From positions 1-45,951 of the forward strand of contig JBJMMA010000234.1 in assembly GCA_045805065.1 (NCBI GenBank): a stretch of DNA of 45,951 bases. Reading direction: 5' to 3'. The notes under the pieces were generated by a model that saw only the letters and a program-made list of their open reading frames with translations, searched no databases and was not told the DNA's origin. The translations under genes were made by a program, and so were the position numbers. This document shows positions 38,569 through 45,951 of this stretch, piece by piece; position 1 is the stretch's first letter, and each line of letters starts with the position of its first letter. This stretch comes from Bdellovibrionia bacterium (GTDB taxonomy: Bacteria; Bdellovibrionota; UBA1018).

Positions 38569-39548
38569 GGCAGGATCCTCCACCATCCGCGCTCAAGCAA
38601 AAGACCCAGCGCCAAGATGAAAGCACCGATCTTTAACGGTCTTTCAAAAAGCTCGTTGTACTTCACATTCTCAAGAGTCTTGATCTCCGTTCGCTCCAGG
38701 GAGTCGATCTCACGGAAAACATTCTCAAGCGCGCTTTCGTCAGTCACGCGGTAAAAGCGGCCGCCAGTGTTCTTGGCGATTTGCTGTAAAAGCTCAGGGT
38801 TAAGGGCGTTATCAAACCATTGATAGGTCGTGATCACGTTCCCAAGCGGGGTACGGCTCTTGATCGGCATTTTCACGCGACCTTCTTTTCCGATCGCAAT
38901 CGTATAGACGCGGATGCCGTATCCTTTTGCAAGCTCTCCGGCCGTCGCTGGATCAATCTGACCCAGGTTGTTGTCGCCATCAGTCAGAAGGACAATGACC
39001 CGGCTTTTTGCTTTGGAATTTCTCAAATGACTGACCGCAAGCGCAAGACCATCGCCGATGGCCGTACCATCACGAAGAACGCCAATCTCAAAGTTCTTGA
39101 GCTGCTGGAGAAGAAGGCCGTAATCAAGAGTCGGCGGAGAAAGCGTCATGGCTTCCCCGCTGAACGCGACAAATCCGATTCGATCGTTCTGCCGGCCTTT
39201 GATGAAGTTTTCCATCATCTGCTTGGCAAGCTCCATGCGCGACTGATCTGCCAGGTCTTCGATGTTCATGCTGGCCGAAAAATCGAGCGTCATCAGGATA
39301 TCAATTCCGTTCACGGCACGCTGAGACTGCTTATAACTCGACTGTGGACGGGCCAAGGCGATGATCAAGAGCGCTAGTCCCACGTATTTCATCGCAAGCA
39401 AAATCCGTAGAGGATTGGTCTTGCTGGCAATCGCAGGAATCGGAAGCGAGTACGTCACGCGCGCCGGCCGATTTCGCTTCATCCACCAAGCGTGAAAAAG
39501 TGGAATCAAAAGAAGTAAGAGAAGAAAACCCCAATCAGCGAACCGCAT
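38565..39548 (-). CDS. batA: BatA VWA-domain protein
   Basis: ALARPQ, DFSASM MIDAS, DRIG.VAF, GTAIGDGL, LLTDGDNN.G, YTIAIG, TGGRFYR. Confidence 0.93.
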
Positions 39549-40593
39549 TGGGTCCTCCGCTGTCAGCAGGCGCAGCAGATGTCATGATAGGTTTTCTGCG
39601 AGTTGCGCGAACAAACTCACGAGCAACAGTCACAATGCCCTGGCTCTCAACCTTGGGCGGAACGTAGTCCGTGAACTTGACGCGATCCAGTTGGTCAAAA
39701 AGCTCCGAAAGATTCGCCAGTCGCTTCTCATCCCCACTCAGCTCGCGAGCCCACGCTTGCTTGAGATTTTCCATCATCTCGCGAGTCGTGTTCTCAGGAG
39801 CATCAAAACCGTAGCGACGTCCGATATAAGTTTTCAGAGTCTCAGATACGCCAAAGTAGTATTTCTTGAACTCTCCCCGGTCCAAAGCGCCGGATTTTTC
39901 AAGCTGCGCCAGAGCGGCGAGCGCCACTTCATCTTCGGGCTTTGGAGGCTCTTGTACTTTTGCCGGCAGAGCGCGCTTGCTCTTGCTCCAACGGTAGAGC
40001 GAGTAAACAATAGCACCAACGACCAGGAGCGCGCCTGCGCCCATCAAGGCAATCGCCCACCAGGGAAACGCAAGTTCTGCCGGAGGACGGAGATCGGCAG
40101 GCTCCTGGGGTTTCGGATCGTCAGGACGGATCGCGGATTTTACTTCCACATGGTACGAATTGGTCCTGGCAAATGACTTTCCACTCGCGTCCTGAATCGC
40201 AAGCGATGGCAGAGTCAGCTTTCCTGCCTTCAGGGGAACCGCGATCAGCTTTAAATCCGTTCCTTCAGACTTTGTGAAGATCTCCCAACCCTCGTCATTC
40301 AAGGGTTGCGTTCCGGGAGGGAGATCCATTTTCAAAGGTCCTGCGGTCCCTTGTGGGATTGTAAGCTGCGGGATCCGAAGCACGATCTCATCGCCCACTC
40401 GGTTTTCTGCAGAAGGTGTCGCACCAGGAGCGGGATTGGCGGGCTCAAGCTCGTATGCAGGCAAAAGAAGAAAGCTCATATCGAGCTTCGCGCTCGCACT
40501 CGGCTGAGGCGCAGGATCGGCCAAGGCAGGAAGCGGCATTGAAAACGTAAGCGCTGCCGCCGCGATGAGGATGAGGCTCAGATGTCGCTTCAT
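39535..40593 (-). CDS. Bat-operon membrane protein (DUF4381/BatD-like)
   Basis: Signal peptide, beta domain, TM, KKYY..VS..LK.YI..RYG..A.E.TT.E, D.VKF. Confidence 0.75.
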   Translation of the reverse strand: MKRHLSLILIAAAALTFSMPLPALADPAPQPSASAKLDMSFLLLPAYELEPANPAPGATPSAENRVGDEIVLRIPQLTIPQGTAGPLKMDLPPGTQPLNDEGWEIFTKSEGTDLKLIAVPLKAGKLTLPSLAIQDASGKSFARTNSYHVEVKSAIRPDDPKPQEPADLRPPAELAFPWWAIALMGAGALLVVGAIVYSLYRWSKSKRALPAKVQEPPKPEDEVALAALAQLEKSGALDRGEFKKYYFGVSETLKTYIGRRYGFDAPENTTREMMENLKQAWARELSGDEKRLANLSELFDQLDRVKFTDYVPPKVESQGIVTVAREFVRATRRKPIMTSAAPADSGGPNAVR

Positions 40594-41471
40594 TTCCTCC
40601 CCTTTCTCTTGGCGCGTTTTCTGAAAAAACGCACAACAGCATCCGCGTAATCATCCTGCGTACGGACTTTCAGAAGTTCGACCTGCCCGCCTTTCAGAGC
40701 GTTCTGGGTCTTCTCCTCATGTTTTGCCAGATACTCTTTATGCCACTTCTTGAACTGGTAAGAGGAAGTATCGACAAAGCGCTCCTCACCCGTTTCCGGA
40801 TCCATCAACAAAAGGCTTCCCATCTCAGGAATCTCAAACTCTCTGGCATCTCCCACGGAGATCGCAATCACGTCATGGCGACGCGCAAGCCGTCTCAAAG
40901 TGGTCTCATATCCTTCAGCCAGGAAATCACTGATGATGAAAATGATCCCGCTGTGTTTCATGATGCGGCTCGCGGATTCCAAGGCGCCTTTGAGATCGGT
41001 TCCGCGCGTGCGTGCCTCATGAGTCAGCACGTCACGGATGATTCTCATGCCGTGCTGCTTTCCTTTTTTTGGAGGAACGATGTGCTCGACTTCGCCACCA
41101 AAGAAAAGAGCTCCAACTTTATCTCCCGAGTGCATGGCAGCGTAAGACATCATGCCTGCGATCTCGGCTGCGGCCTCGGACTTGAGTTTAGTTGAGCCAA
41201 ATCCCTTCGATGCTGAGATATCAACGATCAAGAAAACGGTGAGCTCGCGCTCTTCCTCGTATTTCTTGAGCATCGGATCACGCGTGCGAGCGCTCACCTT
41301 CCAGTCGATGTGACGAACGTCGTCGCCATCAACGTAAAGGCGATGCTCAGAGAAAGTCATCCCTTGGCCCTTGAATTGGCTTCGGTACTGACCCGTCATG
41401 ACCTCATCGACCATCTTGCGAGTCGAGATCTCGATCAGATGGACTTTGCGAAGGATCTCATCAGGCAACAT
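40590..41471 (-). CDS. DUF58 (VWA-like) MoxR partner
   Basis: G.Y.S.FKG.G..F.E.R.Y..GDDVR.IDW.V.AR, EEERE, DISAS, ISDF. Confidence 0.93.
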   Translation of the reverse strand: MLPDEILRKVHLIEISTRKMVDEVMTGQYRSQFKGQGMTFSEHRLYVDGDDVRHIDWKVSARTRDPMLKKYEEERELTVFLIVDISASKGFGSTKLKSEAAAEIAGMMSYAAMHSGDKVGALFFGGEVEHIVPPKKGKQHGMRIIRDVLTHEARTRGTDLKGALESASRIMKHSGIIFIISDFLAEGYETTLRRLARRHDVIAISVGDAREFEIPEMGSLLLMDPETGEERFVDTSSYQFKKWHKEYLAKHEEKTQNALKGGQVELLKVRTQDDYADAVVRFFRKRAKRKGRK

Positions 41472-41482
41472 GATGCACTTCT

Positions 41483-42475
41483 CTATGGAACTTCAACGTG
41501 CTCAAGGATCTTTTTGACGATTTGCTCGCTGTCAATTCCATCCGCCTCAGCCTCAAACGAGACTAGGATGCGGTGCCTGAGGATGTCATAGGCAATCGTC
41601 TTGACGTCTTCAGGAGTGACAAATCCGCGATGGTTGATGAAAGCGTGCGCGCGGCTTGCTTTCGCAAGCGCAATCGTCGCGCGAGGCGAAGCACCAACCT
41701 GGATTTGCTGCTTGAGCGCAGGAAGCCCTGCCTTCTCTGGAAAGCGCGAAGCAAAGATGATCCCCAGGATGTAATCCTTGATCTTCTCATCCATGTAGAT
41801 TTGAGAGCAGATCTTGCGGGCTTCCATAATGCTGTCTGGATGGCAGACTTTCGCGGCCTTGGGAGGCGTCACGCCTGACATGCGGTTCAAGATGCTCTTC
41901 TCTTCGGTCAAAGTCGGATAGCCGACCTTCACCTTGAACAAAAAGCGATCCAGCTGCGCTTCAGGAAGCGGATACGTTCCTTCCTGCTCAATCGGATTCT
42001 GCGTCGCAAGAACAATGAACGGATCCTGCAGTGGATACGTCGTTTCACCAATAGTGACTTGATGCTCGCCCATGGCCTCAAGCAGCGCGCTTTGCACTTT
42101 GGCAGGGGCGCGATTGATTTCATCAGCAAGAACAAGATTGGTGAAGATCGGTCCTTTACGCGCGGTGAACTCACCCGTCTTCTGATTGAAGATCATCGTT
42201 CCCACAAGGTCAGCAGGAAGAAGATCCGGCGTGAATTGAATCCGCTGAAAATCCGCCTGAATCACATCAGCCAGAGTTTTGATTGTCAGGGTCTTTGCGA
42301 GGCCAGGCAGGCCCTCAAGCAGAACGTGGCCGTCACAAAGAAGCGCAAGCAAGAGTCTTTCGAGAAGGACTCGCTGCCCTACGACGACTTTGGATGCTTC
42401 ATTGAGGATGGCATCCACGAAAGTGCTACGTTGTTTGATTTCTTCAGTAAGCGACTGAACGTCGAGTGTAGACAT
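41483..42475 (-). CDS. moxR: MoxR-family AAA+ ATPase
   Basis: HVLLEGLPGLAKT, RIQFTPDLLPAD, LADEINRAPAKVQSALLEAM, ATQNPIEQEGTYPLPEAQLDRF, GASPRA. Start probably ATG 42475 (ORF track 42535). Confidence 0.96.
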   Translation of the reverse strand: MSTLDVQSLTEEIKQRSTFVDAILNEASKVVVGQRVLLERLLLALLCDGHVLLEGLPGLAKTLTIKTLADVIQADFQRIQFTPDLLPADLVGTMIFNQKTGEFTARKGPIFTNLVLADEINRAPAKVQSALLEAMGEHQVTIGETTYPLQDPFIVLATQNPIEQEGTYPLPEAQLDRFLFKVKVGYPTLTEEKSILNRMSGVTPPKAAKVCHPDSIMEARKICSQIYMDEKIKDYILGIIFASRFPEKAGLPALKQQIQVGASPRATIALAKASRAHAFINHRGFVTPEDVKTIAYDILRHRILVSFEAEADGIDSEQIVKKILEHVEVP

Positions 42476-42629
42476 ATCAAGGAGTATAGACCTGATCGTG
42501 TACCTGTCGGAAGAGTTTACATGATTAAATTTCATTCATTCTCAGTAGATAACGCGGCGCGCTTCGGCAGAATCTGCCGATGTCACGCTGACCTTCACGA
42601 AATCTTCACCCAGTATCGGGCAAGACACA

Positions 42630-42646
42630 TGTCTAAAGTTTAGACA
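42630..42646. promoter_or_regulatory. Palindromic candidate enhancer (TGT-N11-ACA)
   Basis: TGTCTAAA-G-TTTAGACA, about 50 bp upstream of the sigma54 -24 element. Confidence 0.55.
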
Positions 42647-42696
42647 GCCCGCAGTGCTCCTATTACACTTGAAGAGTAGATAGCGCTTTGGATGCG

Positions 42697-42712
42697 CGGC
42701 ATCGCAATTGCT
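42697..42712 (+). promoter_or_regulatory. Sigma54 -24/-12 promoter for the fimbrial subunit gene
   Basis: CGGCATCGCAATTGCT: GG-N10-GC matching TGGCACN5TTGCW. Confidence 0.7.
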
Positions 42713-42809
42713 CTATCCAAGGAAACAGCTGTTTGGAAGTTCAAGCTGAAGTGGTCAGCGTCGCCAGCAGTACTAAATTTCGCGAACTTGGACCCCGGAG
42801 GAAATAAGT

Positions 42810-43292
42810 ATGAAGAAGTTATCTTTCTTGGCATTGAGTGCTCTGATCGTCACCCCAGCCTTTGCCGCATCAACCGGCACCCTGACTCTTTCAGGTAATG
42901 TGGCTGCAGTGAATGACATCACTGTCACTCCGAATGGCACGAACAACACCTCGCTCAACATCATTTCTGGCGAAACCGGCAAAAATGTCGCGTCCGTGAC
43001 CGAGTCCTCCAACGACAAGGACGGATACAAGATCCAGATCCACTCGGCAAACGGCGGTCAGCTTCAGCTTGCAGGACAGCCATCCAAATACACGACTTAT
43101 CAAATTTCCTACGCCGGCGGCTCCTACACGACTCCGCCATTGGCAGCCTCTCCGGTCACGATCAAGAACGTCAGCTCACTCAGTGCTCTGACCAGCGCCA
43201 CGAGCGCGGTTGCCGTCAACGTCACGGCGTATCCGACCGCCCTTGCCGGTACCTATAGCGATACGGTGACTTTCGCGATCATTGGTAACTGA
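42810..43292 (+). CDS. Chaperone-usher fimbrial major subunit (Csu/spore-coat-U-like)
   Basis: Sec signal (AFA|A), alternating N-terminal extension GTLTLSGNV, C-terminal AGTYSDTVTF; GGAGG RBS; own terminator. Confidence 0.8.
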   Translation: MKKLSFLALSALIVTPAFAASTGTLTLSGNVAAVNDITVTPNGTNNTSLNIISGETGKNVASVTESSNDKDGYKIQIHSANGGQLQLAGQPSKYTTYQISYAGGSYTTPPLAASPVTIKNVSSLSALTSATSAVAVNVTAYPTALAGTYSDTVTFAIIGN

Positions 43293-43323
43293 CCAGTTCG
43301 CAAATCTTCGGATCCAGTTCATG

Positions 43324-43357
43324 CGCCCTGCTCGAGCGATCGAGCAGGGCGTTTTTT
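43324..43357 (+). terminator. Intrinsic terminator between convergent fimbrial genes
   Basis: CGCCCTGCTCGA-GCGA-TCGAGCAGGGCG then TTTTTT. Confidence 0.9.
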
Positions 43358-44267
43358 ATTCGGTCGTCTGAACGGTCACGGTGACCGAATCTTTATAAGT
43401 CCCGGACACGCTGTTTGCGAGTTCCCCAATCGTAACGACGACAGGAACGCGACTCCCGCCGGATGGACTCGCCCCGCTTCCTCTTGCGACAACCGTGCTG
43501 CCTCCCCCAAGCGAGATCGGGGTTGAATTTACAGTCAACGTATAGGGAACCGCGCTACTCGTCAGACTCGCATGTTTCATCTGGCCTGCATTCTGAGAGC
43601 TCATTGAAAGTGAATAGCCAGCATTTGTCACCAGCACGATATCAAACGCCTTGCTCTCCCCGGTATACATCGTTCCAAAGTCCAGACTCATGCTCGTTGC
43701 GCTCGTGCTGAACGCTCCCCCCGTTGGAACCAAGGACAAATCAATCGAGCGTGTTGACGAATACTGCAAGTTAACCGTTGAGGTATCCCTGAGAAAATAG
43801 GAGGACAGCGTGCCCTCGTAGAGACGAACCGTCACTGTGTCAAAATAGAGTCCGACAGGACTGGACGAGACGTTACCCAAGACCGCGCGATAGCTCTCAG
43901 AATTCTGAACGCTGCCAGCGTTGTCTGGAAACGCACTGGCGATGATATCGGAGTTCGTCACCGCATCGGATAGATCCTTCAGGACATCGGCATAAGGAAA
44001 AGTTCGATACAGCTGATAAGGAGCTACATCAGAGCCCTTGAACATCTGCCGATTGTAATTCATCGACATCCCGCGCGAAAAAGTCAGAAAGTAATCGCAG
44101 CCGTGATTGGTGTTATTGCGCCGAACATTGACCGTAATCTGCTGAGCCGATGAAGAATTAAAGTTCACGCTCGATGCCGTCTGCATGTTCAAACCGTTGC
44201 ACCCCACTTCGGCATGGGCGCTTGCGGCAGTCAGCACTGCAGCCATGATTATGAGAATTTTCATCAT
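43356..44267 (-). CDS. Two-domain fimbrial tip adhesin (CsuE/spore-coat-U-like)
   Basis: Signal peptide from MMKILII (ATGA overlap with usher stop, start 44267); two domains ending GLYFDTVTV and GTYKDSVTV; YQLY and LDFG motifs. Confidence 0.8.
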   Translation of the reverse strand: MMKILIIMAAVLTAASAHAEVGCNGLNMQTASSVNFNSSSAQQITVNVRRNNTNHGCDYFLTFSRGMSMNYNRQMFKGSDVAPYQLYRTFPYADVLKDLSDAVTNSDIIASAFPDNAGSVQNSESYRAVLGNVSSSPVGLYFDTVTVRLYEGTLSSYFLRDTSTVNLQYSSTRSIDLSLVPTGGAFSTSATSMSLDFGTMYTGESKAFDIVLVTNAGYSLSMSSQNAGQMKHASLTSSAVPYTLTVNSTPISLGGGSTVVARGSGASPSGGSRVPVVVTIGELANSVSGTYKDSVTVTVQTTE

Positions 44268-45951
44268 TGATTCTCCAAGGTTTTCTCCAAAGTCATTGGA
44301 TCCAGGCGAACCATTCCAACTTGGCCTTTTTTGATCTTGAACTGGATGGGTTTCCATCTGGAGTCATAAAGCCTGAGCTCGTAGCGCCCCGGCTCAAGTC
44401 CTTCGACAAAGTAAGTTCCGCGCTGATTGGTGAAGAAGCTTTCAACAAATGCTCCAGCAACTTGCTTCGGGAACTCTGGATCAGCAACACGAACGACTTC
44501 GCCCGACTGAAGGGATAAAGGCTCGCCTTCTGGCAACAAAAGCCTCCCTGTTGCGACAGCAGCAGAGCGAACATTCAAGGTGATGTCCACGCCGCTTTTA
44601 TAAGTGGGCCTTGCGACCTGGAATTCCCGTCCGAGGCTGTAACCTTCAGGAAGCGACGTCACGCCCAGACTGACGGGTTGCTCGTAATAGGAAATCAATC
44701 CGGGGAGAACGCCTGGACCAAAAGAGTTCACCGTAGCCTCTGAGTAGTTCCCATTATTGTTCACAGCAACTTCAACGCCCGTAGATGCGGGATCATGGAT
44801 GATGACAAAGCTCTCAGTGACAGGTCGGCTGATCGCGATGCTCTGATCGGTCCAGACCAGCGCTGATCCCAAGCTTAAGGAAGATTGATGAACAGGCGAT
44901 CCGTCATGAGGAATTGTAGACTTGTGATCAAGCGACAGCTCGGCTCGTTGGCTGAGGTAATCGGCGCGCGCATTGACTTCGTCCTGATCAAGAGAATGCT
45001 GATATCCACCATTCAGCCTGACGTCGTTGTAAGGCTTCTCCGGCTGGCGGAACCAATCCACACGGCTCGCTGAGCGGGTGCTGTCATAGGTTGTCTGGAA
45101 ATTGTTTCGATGAACCGAATCTGACCAGCTCAGGCTGGCAAAAACGCGATGCTCAGTAACGGCGTCTGACGTTACCGCGTAATTGATCCCTGTCTGGAGG
45201 ACAGGAGACCAATTCTTGGACAAATCCATTTGGGCGACTCGCCGATTCGGGCTTTCGGTCCTTGAAAGATAGTACTGATATCCCGCTCCCGCGCGGAGTT
45301 CCCAAGGGAGCCGCTCTGTGAGATAAGAATCCATTTTCCAGGCATAAAGACTCGTCGGATTGCTCGAGCCTGGGGCACCGAAATTCTGCCCATCGTATTC
45401 CACATTGGCAGTCAGGAGAGTATGCGCCTCTTTTGAGCCCCAACGCTCGAGTGATTGATATCGCAAACGTGCGCCCTTACCATCGATTGCAGCTGAATCT
45501 CGACTGGCAGCCAGATCCGCCGTCAGCATGCCTGCCCAGGTTGCCCAATAGGCTTCAAGCCCCAGGAGTGAGCGAAATCGATCCCGTTGAACGTTTGCGC
45601 CCAACGTGAAGCGGTCTGTTAATCCGATTCGATGAAACGCAGAAGCCAATGCATTGGATGTATCGTACCTGCGATCCGTCTGAGTCGGATTAGACACCAG
45701 CCCCACGTTATAAGAAAATTGCTGCAGCCCTTTTCTCATAAGCTGATTATTAAATAGAACGGATAGATCAATGGTCTCGACTTGACCCAGATCATCTGTC
45801 ACCCGCAGCTGAACATCGTTTCGTCCCACGGTCAGCGGATAGTCCTGAAGATTGAAAGGACCTGCCGAAAGCTGAAGCCTTTGCACAAAAAGCCCATTCA
45901 CATAGATCTCAACCGTGGAGGGTCTTTTCAAAAACACTTCAGTGCGATTGA
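44264..45951 (-). CDS. Fimbrial outer-membrane usher (partial, 5' end outside window)
   Basis: PSTVEIYVNG......L.AGPFNL, G.NDVQL..TD.LG, FSYNVG, HR.GLTD.FTLG, beta-barrel strands, ISRPV..SF, FFTN..G. Confidence 0.93.
   Translation of the reverse strand, partial: NRTEVFLKRPSTVEIYVNGLFVQRLQLSAGPFNLQDYPLTVGRNDVQLRVTDDLGQVETIDLSVLFNNQLMRKGLQQFSYNVGLVSNPTQTDRRYDTSNALASAFHRIGLTDRFTLGANVQRDRFRSLLGLEAYWATWAGMLTADLAASRDSAAIDGKGARLRYQSLERWGSKEAHTLLTANVEYDGQNFGAPGSSNPTSLYAWKMDSYLTERLPWELRAGAGYQYYLSRTESPNRRVAQMDLSKNWSPVLQTGINYAVTSDAVTEHRVFASLSWSDSVHRNNFQTTYDSTRSASRVDWFRQPEKPYNDVRLNGGYQHSLDQDEVNARADYLSQRAELSLDHKSTIPHDGSPVHQSSLSLGSALVWTDQSIAISRPVTESFVIIHDPASTGVEVAVNNNGNYSEATVNSFGPGVLPGLISYYEQPVSLGVTSLPEGYSLGREFQVARPTYKSGVDITLNVRSAAVATGRLLLPEGEPLSLQSGEVVRVADPEFPKQVAGAFVESFFTNQRGTYFVEGLEPGRYELRLYDSRWKPIQFKIKKGQVGMVRLDPMTLEKTLENQ

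Overview
Bacterial chromosomal window, probably Bdellovibrionota or a related former deltaproteobacterium (inferred from gene content and order). Reading the minus strand from right to left: the 3' part of a chaperone-usher fimbrial locus (usher, two-domain adhesin, and a convergent pilin subunit with a sigma54 promoter); a MoxR-DUF58-Bat operon; type III glutamine synthetase; a solitary HNH endonuclease gene; an orphan ParA with a small partner; ribF; a nearly complete contiguous type IVa pilus cluster (pilB-T-C-R*, pilA, pilG-H-I-D, pilM-N-O-P-Q, TPR gene); and efp-accB-accC. Four things stand out. (1) A GC-rich perfect palindrome (TCCCCGGCGCCGGGGA) occurs inside the HNH gene and again upstream of it, suggesting an HNH/REP-like element. 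(2) There is no pilS, the PilR-like activator lacks its receiver domain, and pilA has a sigma70-like rather than sigma54 promoter. (3) A ~10 kb candidate pilin-modification island lies between pilA and pilR* (YejM/LtaS-like enzyme, TMTC-like GT-C, GT9, second GT-C-like protein, methyltransferase), interrupted by two ferritin-like genes. (4) The orphan ParA-partner pair sits next to the pilus locus. I saw no rRNA, tRNA, CRISPR array or transposase. All calls come from reading motifs by eye; no searches were run.
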